A stretch of DNA of 64,000 bases from an uncultured Gemmatimonadales bacterium (GTDB lineage Bacteria; Gemmatimonadota; Gemmatimonadetes; Longimicrobiales; RSA9): the NCBI GenBank assembly GCA_963741945.1, contig CAVUKA010000005.1, positions 384,001 through 448,000 of the forward strand, in the 5' to 3' direction. Position numbers and translations under genes: made by a program. Shown here in pieces: positions 18,916 through 28,139 of the stretch. The notes under the pieces were generated by a model. It saw only the letters and a program-made list of their open reading frames with translations, did no database searches and had not been told where the DNA came from. The first letter of the stretch is position 1. Each line of letters starts with the position of its first letter.

Positions 18916-20760
18916 TCAGGTGGGCAGTGGCCGGAGCGGGGTGTCGCTGGCGAACTGGAGCTCGTAGAGGCGACGGTACAGCCCGTCCCGCGCCAGGAGC
19001 TGATCGTGCGTCCCCTGGTCCTCCACGCGTCCGTTCTGCAGGACGACGATGCGGTCCGCCCTCCGGACAGTGGAGAGCCGATGCGCGATCACCAGCACGG
19101 TGCGATCCGTCATGAGCCGCTCGATGGCATCCTGGACCAGCACTTCGCTTTCGGTGTCCAGTGCGCTGGTCGCCTCATCCAGGATCAGGATCGGCGCGTT
19201 CCGCAGCAGCGCACGGGCAATGGCCACGCGCTGCCGCTGCCCGCCGGACAGCCGGGTCCCGCGCTCCCCCAGCACCGTGTCGTAGCCGTCGGGCAGCTCC
19301 ATGATGAAGTGGTGGGCGTTCGCCGCCTGCGCCGCAGACTCCAGTTCTTCCTGCGTCACGTCCAGGCGGCCGTACGCGATGTTCGCCCGCACGGTGTCGT
19401 GGAAGAGCACCGTCTCCTGGGTCACGATGCCCATGAGGGAGCGGAGGTCCCGCACCCGCAGCTCGCGCAGGTCGCGGCCGTCCAGGCTCAGCCGCCCGGC
19501 AGTGGGGTCGTAGAAGCGGGGCACCAGGTTGGCCACCGTGGTCTTCCCCGCCCCGCTCGGCCCTACCAGCGCCACCACCTGGCCGCGGCCGATCTCGATG
19601 TCCACACCACGCAGCACCGGTTGCTCCGCTTCGTACTGGAACGACACGCCCTCCAGCCGGAGCGCGTCCTCGATCCCGGTCACCGGCAACGCACCCGGGC
19701 GGTCCTCGATCTCCGCTTTCGCGTCCAGCAGCTCGAAGCCGCGCTCCGCCGCGGCCAGCCCCGGCTGTACCACCGACGGCAGCTTCCCCAGCCACTTCAC
19801 CGGCGGCAGGATGCGCGCGGCCATGACCGTGAACGCCAGGAACGCATCCGGCTGGAGCGTGCCGCGCACCAGCACCAGTCGGCTGCCGTACCAGAGCACG
19901 GCCAGCAGCGCGGACGCCACGATCATCTCGTTCGCCGACGGGAAAACCTGGCGCCACCGCTCGTTCCGCACCGCCGCCTTGTACTGGCGCCGCGTCAGCT
20001 CACGAAAGCGTGCCGACTCGTACGCCTCCGCCCCCGTCGCCTTGACCAGCCGGATCCCGCCCACCGTCTCCTGGATGTGCGACGACACTTCCCCCACCGC
20101 GTTCCAGACTTTCAGCACGCCCTTCCAGATCCGGTCCCGGAACTTGTTCCACAGCCCCACCATGAGCGGCAGGGCCACGGCGGTGAGCAGCGTCAGCTTC
20201 CACGAGAACGCGATCAGGAAGCCCAGGAACACCAGGGTCTGGATGGCGTTGGACAGCCCCTGCGCCAGGTTCCGCGTCACCAGCGTGCGCAGCTGGTCGA
20301 CGTCGTTGGTGATCCGCGAGATGATCTGCCCCGACTTCGTCCTGAGGAAGAAGCCCAGGTCCATCGACATCAGGTGCTCGTAGATCTGGTTGCGCAGGTC
20401 CCGCGTCACCCGCTGCTCGATGACGGCCACCGTGTAGGACTGGATGTAGAGCGCGATGTTCTTGAACAGGAACGCCGCAAACAGTAGCAGCAGCACGTTG
20501 CGCAGCCCCGCCATGGGGTCGCCCGTGGGGATCAGCCCGCCCACCACCACGTGCAGCAGGTCGAAAATCCGGCCGTGGCGCCCCGCGAACAGCGACACGC
20601 CCCCGCCCACTCCATCCCCGAACAGCATGTTCAGGAACGGGATCAGCATCACCATGCTGAACGCGTCCAGCGCGCTGAACACCACCATGGCGACCACGCT
20701 GACCACGAACAGCCCCACGTAGGGCCGCAGGTAGCCGAGGATTCTCAGGTACAGGCGCAA
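18916..20760 (-). CDS. msbA: Lipid A flippase-type ABC exporter
   Basis: Transmembrane domain plus GPSGAGKT, LSGGQRQR and ILDEATSALD; located in the LPS cluster. Confidence 0.85.
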   Translation of the reverse strand: MRLYLRILGYLRPYVGLFVVSVVAMVVFSALDAFSMVMLIPFLNMLFGDGVGGGVSLFAGRHGRIFDLLHVVVGGLIPTGDPMAGLRNVLLLLFAAFLFKNIALYIQSYTVAVIEQRVTRDLRNQIYEHLMSMDLGFFLRTKSGQIISRITNDVDQLRTLVTRNLAQGLSNAIQTLVFLGFLIAFSWKLTLLTAVALPLMVGLWNKFRDRIWKGVLKVWNAVGEVSSHIQETVGGIRLVKATGAEAYESARFRELTRRQYKAAVRNERWRQVFPSANEMIVASALLAVLWYGSRLVLVRGTLQPDAFLAFTVMAARILPPVKWLGKLPSVVQPGLAAAERGFELLDAKAEIEDRPGALPVTGIEDALRLEGVSFQYEAEQPVLRGVDIEIGRGQVVALVGPSGAGKTTVANLVPRFYDPTAGRLSLDGRDLRELRVRDLRSLMGIVTQETVLFHDTVRANIAYGRLDVTQEELESAAQAANAHHFIMELPDGYDTVLGERGTRLSGGQRQRVAIARALLRNAPILILDEATSALDTESEVLVQDAIERLMTDRTVLVIAHRLSTVRRADRIVVLQNGRVEDQGTHDQLLARDGLYRRLYELQFASDTPLRPLPT

Positions 20761-20911
20761 TTCAGCGTTCCGCGTTGCAGCAATGGAGGATGCGGCGCTC
20801 CCGCCGCCTCACAGACCGCATTGTACCGCGCAGCCGGGCGGGGGGTCCAGTCCCTGGCGCCCGGGCGCGGACGATCGACCACGGTCGGCGAGCCGGAGGC
20901 CGCCGGCCGCG

Positions 20912-22465
20912 TCACCGCGGCGTCAGGGTGGTCACGGGCAGGATCATCTCCTCGGGCGTGGCGCCGCCGTGCAGGAAGGAGTTGCGGTAGCGCGCCTGGT
21001 ATTCACGGAGCTTTGTGGGATAAACGAAGAAGTAGTCCTCGAGCGCGATCAGGTAGTTCGTGGCCAGGCGGCCGGGCGGGAGCCGGAGCAAGCTCTCGTC
21101 GTTCACGGCCATCACCGCCTCCGCCTCCTCCGCGCGCAGGTCCTGGCCGAACTTGTACCGGAGATTGGCCGTCGCATCCCGGCGCGCGTAAACGGTCACC
21201 GGCCGCTCGCACAGGATGGAGCCGTGATCGGACGTCAGCACCACCTCCACGCCCTCGGCGGCCGCATCGCGCAGGATCCGGAGCGCGGCGGAGCGCTCGA
21301 ACCACTGCCGTGTGAGCGCGCGCAGTCCGCGAACGTCCCGGGCCACTTCCATGAGCAGCGAGGACTCGCTCCGCCCGTGCGTGAGGAGATCCACGAAGTT
21401 GAACACGAGGCTCACCACGGAGCCGTTCCGGATCGCGTTCCTGACCCTCGCCGCCAGCTCGTCCGCCTGCTCGTCCGTGAACACCTTCTCGTAATGGACG
21501 GGCAGGCTCTTACCCTTGAGCTCCGCGAGGTGCTCCCTGAACAGCTCGTCCTCGAACGCGTTCAGGCTCCCTTCGTCCGTTCCCCACCAGTCCGGCCGGG
21601 CGCGCGCGATCTCGTCCGGGTAGCGCCCGCTGAACAGCGCGTTGCGGGCGTACGGGGTGGCCGTGGGGAGGATGCTGAAATACAGCTCCTCCTCCATGTC
21701 GAAGGAACCGGCCAGCAACGGCCGCAGTCCGCGCCACTGATCGAGGCGGAGGCAGTCGATGATGACGAACAGCATCGCCCCCTTCCCCACGCGCGGCGCC
21801 ACCCAGCGCCGCACCACGTCCGTGCTCAACGGCGGCCGCTCCGTCGCGTCGGAGCGGAGCCAGTCCGGATAGGCGTCGCGGATGTACACGCCGAACTTCC
21901 GCCTCAGCTCCGTCTTGAGCGACCGGACCGAGTCGAGCAGCCCCGCCTCGCCCGCTTCCTCCAGCCGGAGGTCCCAGTCCACCAGCTCGGAGTAGATCTC
22001 GAGGTAGTCCCGCCACTCCGAGGCGCGATCCTTCGCCCGGGAGAGGCCGATGAAGCGCGCCGCGAAATCCTGCGCGGCCTGCTGCTGGCGCAGCTGTGAC
22101 CCTTCCAGAAGACGGGTCACCACCGACAGCACCTGCCGCGGCGATGCCGGCTTCACCAGGTAGTCGTCCACCTGCCGGCCGATCGCCTCCTCCAGCGTCC
22201 GGTCCTCCTCCGACTTCGTCACCATGACGATCCGCGCGTGCGGCTCCTGGCGACGGATCAGCGAGAGCACTTCCAGCCCGCTCCGCCCCGGCATCTGCTG
22301 GTCCAGCAGCACCAGGTCGTACGGTCCGCGCCGCAGGAGCTCCAGGGCGTCGTCGCCATTCGTGGTGGTGTCCACGCTGTAGCCGCGCTGGCGCAGGAAG
22401 AGAAGGTGCGGCTCGAGCAGCTCGACCTCGTCGTCGACCCAGAGGATTCGCTTTTCCGTCGCCAT
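20912..22465 (-). CDS. PorX-like response regulator with PglZ/alkaline-phosphatase domain
   Basis: REC domain ILWVDDE...LLDQQMPG...MVTKS; PglZ motifs IIDCLR, SILPTATPYARN, FVDLLTH, TSDHG and FLHGG. Confidence 0.88.
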   Translation of the reverse strand: MATEKRILWVDDEVELLEPHLLFLRQRGYSVDTTTNGDDALELLRRGPYDLVLLDQQMPGRSGLEVLSLIRRQEPHARIVMVTKSEEDRTLEEAIGRQVDDYLVKPASPRQVLSVVTRLLEGSQLRQQQAAQDFAARFIGLSRAKDRASEWRDYLEIYSELVDWDLRLEEAGEAGLLDSVRSLKTELRRKFGVYIRDAYPDWLRSDATERPPLSTDVVRRWVAPRVGKGAMLFVIIDCLRLDQWRGLRPLLAGSFDMEEELYFSILPTATPYARNALFSGRYPDEIARARPDWWGTDEGSLNAFEDELFREHLAELKGKSLPVHYEKVFTDEQADELAARVRNAIRNGSVVSLVFNFVDLLTHGRSESSLLMEVARDVRGLRALTRQWFERSAALRILRDAAAEGVEVVLTSDHGSILCERPVTVYARRDATANLRYKFGQDLRAEEAEAVMAVNDESLLRLPPGRLATNYLIALEDYFFVYPTKLREYQARYRNSFLHGGATPEEMILPVTTLTPR

Positions 22466-22544
22466 GGCTCGGGGGGTGCAGGGCTGCAGAGGGGGGCGGG
22501 TGCCGCCAATCTACGTCACGGCGCCGGTCGGTGCGATGCGGGCG

Positions 22545-23595
22545 TCAGCCGGCTCCCGCCCGCAGCCCGCGCTCGACGGCGGCCAGCACGTCGTCCACCC
22601 GCACCCGCGCCATCCCGTCCGGCCGATACTCCATGCTCGGAGGATAGTCCTCGCCCGGGTAGCGCGCGTACCCATCCACGACCAGGTCCTGGAAGCTGAC
22701 GATATGGACCGTAGCGCTTCGGGTTGGTATAGCCGTAGAGCCCCACCACGGGCGTGTCGAGCGCGCGCGCGAGGTGGAGCGGCCCGGTGTCGGGGCTGAC
22801 GACGAGAGGCAGTCCGTCCAGGAGCCAGGCCAGGCGGCGCAGGTCGTCTCCCAGCGCGTCCACCACCGTGGCGCTGGTGCGCGCCAGGATCTCGTCCGCC
22901 ATGCGACGCTCCACGGCCGACGGTCCGCCCACGATCACCGGCCGCAGCCCGAAGTCCTGCTCCAGCGCGTCCATCAGCCGGGCGTAGCGCTCGGGCGCCC
23001 AGTTCTTCTCCGGCTTGCTCGTCCCCACCACGATGCCGCAGCCGGGCCGGTCCAGGCCCTCCAGGAACGCCCGCTGCGCCAGCCGCTCCTCGTCGCGGAT
23101 CGGGATCCGCCATTCCACGGGGAACGGGTCGACACCCATGTGCTCCAGGAACTCGAAATACTGGTCCTGCACGTGCTGGACGGGGTGCGGCCGGATGCGC
23201 TCGCTGGTGACCAGCCAGTTCAGGTCCCGGGCGCGCGCCCGGTCGAAGCCGACCTTGCGGTCCGCCTTCGCCAGCGCCACCAGCAGGCCGGCCTTGGCGT
23301 AGACCTGGAGCGCCAGCAGGATATCGAAGCGGGTCTCCCGCAGCCTGGCCGCCGTATCGGCGAATGACCGCCACGCGCCCACGCCTCGGCGGCGGTGGAA
23401 CACCACCAGCCGGTCCACGGCCGGGTGGTCCCGAACCAGGAGGAAGGGGACGGGCTGCACCACCCAGGTGATCCGTGTCTCCGGCCATTTCCGCTTCAGC
23501 GCGTTCACCACCGGCAGCACGTGCACGGCATCGCCCAGCGCGCTGAGCATGACGATGCAGATCTCCGCCGGGGCGGCCGTGTTCGTGGGGGTCAT
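22545..23595 (-). pseudogene. GT9 heptosyltransferase with a +1 frameshift near 22698 (real lesion or sequencing error)
   Basis: SALGDAVH and PDTGPLHLA motifs. Similarity to the paralog at 15547-16629 continues only in the shifted frame (SFQDLVVDGY...VDDVLAAV, TGA at 22545). Confidence 0.75.
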
Positions 23596-23707
23596 GGCGC
23601 CGGGAAGCTCCGGCCGCGGGCTCGCGAAGTCAACCGCAGCCCCCGGATGGGCGGACCTCGCCCGGTGTCGCCCGCACGGCCACCTCAGCCCGTCGCCTTC
23701 CTGACCT

Positions 23708-26149
23708 TCACTCGCTGCGCAGCGCCGCCGCCGGATCCACGGCCGCGGCACGCATCGCCGGGATCCAGCTGGCCGCCGCGGCGGCCCCGATCAGCAGCGC
23801 GGCCACGGCCACGTAGGTGAGCGGGTCCGTGGCGCTGACGCCGTAGAGCATGCTGGCCAGCAGGCGACTGGCGGCGAGCGAACCGACCACGCCGAGCCCG
23901 ACGCCCACGCCCGCCAGCATCAGCCCCTGGCCCAGGACCATTCCGCGCACGGCAGACCCCGCCGCGCCCAGCGCGATGCGGACGCCGATTTCCCGGGTCC
24001 GCTGGCTCACCACGTAGGAGACCACGCCGTAGATCCCGATGACGCCCAGCAGCAGCGCCACCAGCGAGGCGGCGCCGAGCACCACCATGGTGAACGAAGT
24101 CCGCGACGCCGAGCGTGCCACCACGGTCTCGAACGGCCGCGCGTCGGCCAGCGGGATGCGGGCGTTGAGCTCGCGGACCTCACGCCGCAGCACGGGCAGG
24201 AAGCGCGCGGGATCACCCGCCACCCGGATCACGAGGTCGCGCGACCGGACCGCCCCGGGCTGTCCGGGCTCCCCGACCATGGTGGGGTAGTAGACCATCT
24301 CTTCCGGATCGTCGGAAAGACTCCGGTTCCGCACGTTCCCCACCACCCCCACCACCTGCCACCACTCGCCGCCGCCGGGGCGCAGCCGCTTCCCCAGCGC
24401 GCTGCCATCCGGCCACCAGCGCTGCGCGAACGCCTGGCTGACCACCACGGCCCGGTAGCCGTTGCCCGCGTCCCCGTCCTCGAGCGTCCGACCCTCCACC
24501 ACCGGCACGCCCATCGCTTCGAAGTAGCCGGGATCCACCCACGCCCCGTGCGCGAGCGGCGGGAGGCCATTGGAGGCCATCGGCTGATCCTCGATGTCGT
24601 GCGCGAAGAAGCTCACGTTCCCCGTGAGCGGCGCCGCGCTGATCGCCCCCACCCCGAGCACGCCCGGCTGGCTCCGGAGCCGCGATTCCAGGGTGCGGTA
24701 GTAGTCGCCCACGACCGTTGCCTCCGGGATCTCGCCCGGCGGCACCGAAAGCCGCGCCGTGAGCACGCCCTCCGCCTGGAACCCGGGGTCCGCGGCGAGC
24801 AGCGCAACCATGCTGCGCACCATCAGCCCCGACCCGATCAGCAGGACCAGCGCGAGCGCCACCTGGATCACCACGAGCGCGTTCCGCACGCGGTGCCGTT
24901 CGCGGCCTGCCGTGCCGCCGTGGGCGCCGCCTTCCTTCAGCCGCCCCGACAGGTCGCTACGGGCGTAGCGGAGGGCCGGCACGGGGCCGAACAGCAGCGC
25001 CGCCAGCAGCGATGCCGCCGCCGCGAACGCCAGCACCCGCAGGTCAACGCCCACTTCCGCCGTGCGCGGCAGATCCGCGCTCGCCATCCGGAGCCCCGCC
25101 CCCACCGCCACCGTGGCCAGTCCCGCGCCGAGCGCGCCTCCGATCCCCGCCAGCACCAGGCTCTCGGCGAGGAACGGCCGCAACACCTGCCACGACCCGG
25201 CACCGATCGCCCGCCGGAGCGCCAGCTCCCGCTGCCGCCCCTCCGCACGCACAAGCAGCAGGTTGGCCACGTTGGCGCACGCGATCAGGAGCACGAAGCC
25301 CACCATCCCCAGCAGCGTCCACAGCGTCCGCCCGATGTCGCCGACCACCGACGCCTTCAGCGGCCGGGGGACGGCCTTGAGCTGCACTTCCCGCAGGAAG
25401 CCCAGCACGGGCCCGGCGTCCGGCCGCAGCTCCGGCAGCTGCTCGATCAGACCGCCCAGCTCCGAGCGCACGGCCTCCGGCGTCGCCCCGTCCGCCATCC
25501 TGCCCACACCGCCGAGCCCGAACGCGCCCAGCGGCGCCGTCACCGGGTCCATCTCCATGGGGATCCAGAGCCGCACCTCCGCCGCCGGGAAATGGAAGCC
25601 GGCCGGCATCACGCCCACCACACGGCGCGACACCCCGTCCACATCGACCGTTCGCCCGACCGTGGCCGGGTCCTCTCCGAACCGGCTCCGCCACAGCGCA
25701 CGGCTCAGCACCATCACCGGCTCGGCGCCCGGCTCGCCATCCGTCGTCAGCAGCGGGCGCCCCATGAGCGGCGCCACCCGCAGCACGTCGAACAGCGACG
25801 GTGTCACCGCCTGCCCGTCCACCCGCTCCGCCTCGCCCCCATCGCCCACGAGGTTCACCACCACGTCCCGGTACACCGCCACCGACGACAGCGTGCGCGC
25901 ATGGTCCCGGTACAGGAAATAGAGCCCCGGCGAGATCGGGAGCTGGTCCTCGCCGCCCCGTCCCTCGTGGTCCAGCGACACCAGCCGGTCCGCGGCCGGG
26001 TACGGCAGCGGCCGCAGCAGCACGCCGTCCACCAGCGTGAACACGGCCGTGCTCGCGCCGATCCCCAGTGCCAGCGTGAGGATCGCGGCCAGCGCAAAGC
26101 CGGGGCTCCGGGCCAGGCCGCGCCAGGCGAAGCGGAAGTCCTTCCACAT
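23708..26149 (-). CDS. Duplicated MacB/FtsX-type ABC permease (ADOP-like)
   Basis: MWKDFRFAWRGLARSPGF, LLIACANVANLLL, RTREIGVRIALGA and VDPAAALRSE. Confidence 0.92.
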   Translation of the reverse strand: MWKDFRFAWRGLARSPGFALAAILTLALGIGASTAVFTLVDGVLLRPLPYPAADRLVSLDHEGRGGEDQLPISPGLYFLYRDHARTLSSVAVYRDVVVNLVGDGGEAERVDGQAVTPSLFDVLRVAPLMGRPLLTTDGEPGAEPVMVLSRALWRSRFGEDPATVGRTVDVDGVSRRVVGVMPAGFHFPAAEVRLWIPMEMDPVTAPLGAFGLGGVGRMADGATPEAVRSELGGLIEQLPELRPDAGPVLGFLREVQLKAVPRPLKASVVGDIGRTLWTLLGMVGFVLLIACANVANLLLVRAEGRQRELALRRAIGAGSWQVLRPFLAESLVLAGIGGALGAGLATVAVGAGLRMASADLPRTAEVGVDLRVLAFAAAASLLAALLFGPVPALRYARSDLSGRLKEGGAHGGTAGRERHRVRNALVVIQVALALVLLIGSGLMVRSMVALLAADPGFQAEGVLTARLSVPPGEIPEATVVGDYYRTLESRLRSQPGVLGVGAISAAPLTGNVSFFAHDIEDQPMASNGLPPLAHGAWVDPGYFEAMGVPVVEGRTLEDGDAGNGYRAVVVSQAFAQRWWPDGSALGKRLRPGGGEWWQVVGVVGNVRNRSLSDDPEEMVYYPTMVGEPGQPGAVRSRDLVIRVAGDPARFLPVLRREVRELNARIPLADARPFETVVARSASRTSFTMVVLGAASLVALLLGVIGIYGVVSYVVSQRTREIGVRIALGAAGSAVRGMVLGQGLMLAGVGVGLGVVGSLAASRLLASMLYGVSATDPLTYVAVAALLIGAAAAASWIPAMRAAAVDPAAALRSE

Positions 26150-26262
26150 TGAATGCACCTCGGGATGAAGAATGCCGGCGGACGGTGCACCGTTGGATGC
26201 ATCATCCCGCTCGAGGGTTGCCGACGATCCCGACCCGGGGCAGCTCCGGTCGCCCCCGAGCC

Positions 26263-27108
26263 TCAGCCTCCGTAGCCCGCCTCGAACGCGGAACGCGCAC
26301 CCGCCGGCAGCGAGCGCCCGGTCCGTCGCTCCCACTTCCGGGCGGAGCGCCAGAACCGGTCGATCATGCGACGCCGCCCGGCCGCGCCCACCGGGCTCCC
26401 CAGCCGCGCGCCGTCCAGATCGATCACCAGCGCTTCCGGGCCACCGGCCTCATCCACGATCAGGATGTTCTTGAGATTGAGATCCGGGTGGCGGACACCG
26501 GCATCGTGAAGCCTGCGAATCAGCCGCCCCGCCGACTCCATCGCCGCCGCCCGCCGGGCTGCGATGACGCCGGGTGCTCCCGCGTCGGCGGATCCCGCCC
26601 ACAGCCCTCCCTCCGCGGACGCGCCCTCGAAGAGCACGCCTGCCAGGTCGCGTGACCGGGGGATCCATTCCGTGACCAGGTCGCCCCGATACCAGATCCC
26701 GGCCGGGTACACGGCCGCGCCCACCGGCGCCGGCGAGGGGATCCCCAACTCCTGCAATCTGGCCGAGACGCGGAACTCCCGGATCGGCCTCGGGATCCCG
26801 AGACGCAGATAGCGGTCGCCCAGGTGGCGGGCCACCGCCCCACCCCGATGATAATGCCTCACCACCCATTTCCCGGCGCCGCCACCCGGACGGCCCACGA
26901 CGTAGACGGTGCCACGGCCCTGGAGCGGGCGAGCGTCCGGACTGCCGGCCGCCGCGGCCATGAGCGAGCCGGCTGAAGCGAGCCACCCCTCCAGGACGGA
27001 ACGGGCTCCGGGACGCGCAACGAGTCTGGTCAGCGGCTTCTCCTCTCCCGGCCGGGAACGCCTGGATTCTCCCCCTCCCTGTGCGGCCCCCGACGGGCGG
27101 GCAGCCAT
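26263..27108 (-). CDS. kdkA: Kdo/LPS kinase (KdkA-like)
   Basis: GRG, VVRHYHRGG, HPDLNLKNIL and IDLD motifs. Start is uncertain. Confidence 0.75.
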   Translation of the reverse strand: MAARPSGAAQGGGESRRSRPGEEKPLTRLVARPGARSVLEGWLASAGSLMAAAAGSPDARPLQGRGTVYVVGRPGGGAGKWVVRHYHRGGAVARHLGDRYLRLGIPRPIREFRVSARLQELGIPSPAPVGAAVYPAGIWYRGDLVTEWIPRSRDLAGVLFEGASAEGGLWAGSADAGAPGVIAARRAAAMESAGRLIRRLHDAGVRHPDLNLKNILIVDEAGGPEALVIDLDGARLGSPVGAAGRRRMIDRFWRSARKWERRTGRSLPAGARSAFEAGYGG

Positions 27109-27287
27109 CTCCACAACGCTACGCTCGCGCGCGACGCGGCACCAGCGCACCGAGCCGAGTGGATTCTGGTCCACATTGGCCTTCCAGGTGAACGGCTGCC
27201 GCCTTGACCGGCCAGCGGGCGTTCATGAAACTTGGAGTACACGATCTCCGGGACCGTCGGACGAACGGCGGTACCGACTGACCCATG

Positions 27288-27330
27288 AAAGGTCCCGCGC
27301 CGACTCGCGCCGGGACCTTTGTTCGTTTTT
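27288..27330 (+). terminator. Intrinsic terminator-like hairpin upstream of a lipoprotein gene
   Basis: AAAGGTCCCG-N13-CGGGACCTTT followed by GTTCGTTTTT. Confidence 0.65.
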
Positions 27331-27395
27331 GCGCACTTCTGCGCAAATTGCCGCTCCGGCGCGGCACAACTGCCCCTCACGACAAGGAGATCGTC

Positions 27396-28070
27396 GTGAA
27401 TACCCGTACCTTTTCCGTTGCACTGAAAGCCGCTCTCGTGATTCCGCTCGTGGCGGGATGCAGCGGCGACACTCCCACCTCGCCCCCCGCGCAGGCGGCC
27501 CCGACCACCCTCGCCGCCAGCAGGGCGCCGACGCCAACCACGGAGATGCCCACGGGCGAGCGCATCTTCGGTCAGGTCGCCATCGAGCCCGCGTACAACG
27601 CCGACACGGGTGAGCTCATGTACCTGCTGACACCGATCAAGGCGCCGCTGCCTTCCAAGGCGAACAGCCACGCCGTGTCGCCGCTGTACCTGGTGGAGTA
27701 TCCGGCTGATGCGGATGTGGGCGTGCTCAACTGCATGGGCGTTCCGGGCAATTGCCCCGACCATGACGGAGAGGTGGCGCAGGTAGCCATGGGAGCGATG
27801 CCGGACGTCTACGGCAGCGACCCGACCTACCTCGGCCACGACCATATCGCGGACCCCCCGGGCAAGCCGGACTTCAACATCGCGTGGGAAGTGATCGAGG
27901 TGGTGTTCACGAGCAAGGAGGCAGTCACGCACCTCACGACCGACGCCCAGATCGAAGCCGCAGTCGAGGCCGGCGACGCCGTGGAGATCAACCTCGGCTT
28001 CGCCTTCAACTGCAACGTGGTCCCGGCCTCGCTCTACTGGAGGGGAACGCCCGTCGGCGAGTCCTCCTGA
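27396..28070 (+). CDS. Hypothetical lipoprotein, Cys/His-rich
   Basis: AAGGAG RBS, GTG start, lipobox LVAGC, and LNC..NCPDHD, GHDH and FNC motifs. Confidence 0.75.
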   Translation: MNTRTFSVALKAALVIPLVAGCSGDTPTSPPAQAAPTTLAASRAPTPTTEMPTGERIFGQVAIEPAYNADTGELMYLLTPIKAPLPSKANSHAVSPLYLVEYPADADVGVLNCMGVPGNCPDHDGEVAQVAMGAMPDVYGSDPTYLGHDHIADPPGKPDFNIAWEVIEVVFTSKEAVTHLTTDAQIEAAVEAGDAVEINLGFAFNCNVVPASLYWRGTPVGESS

Positions 28071-28097
28071 CCCGCTGGCGAGACGGACGGTACTCGC

Positions 28098-28129
28098 TGT
28101 CGCCGACGGTCCCCGGACCGTCGGCGACA
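28098..28129. terminator. Perfect inverted repeat between convergent genes
   Basis: TGTCGCCGACGGTCC-cc-GGACCGTCGGCGACA. Confidence 0.6.
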
Positions 28130-28139
28130 CCGGGTTCCG

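Noticed and set aside
20912-22465. BREX defence system suggested by the PglZ domain
   Set aside because: The architecture is REC-PglZ (PorX-like), and there is no brxC, pglX or brxL nearby.
27256-27278. Guanidine-III riboswitch
   Set aside because: The stem with ACGA looks superficially similar, but the downstream pseudoknot partner is absent and the downstream gene is not a guanidine exporter.
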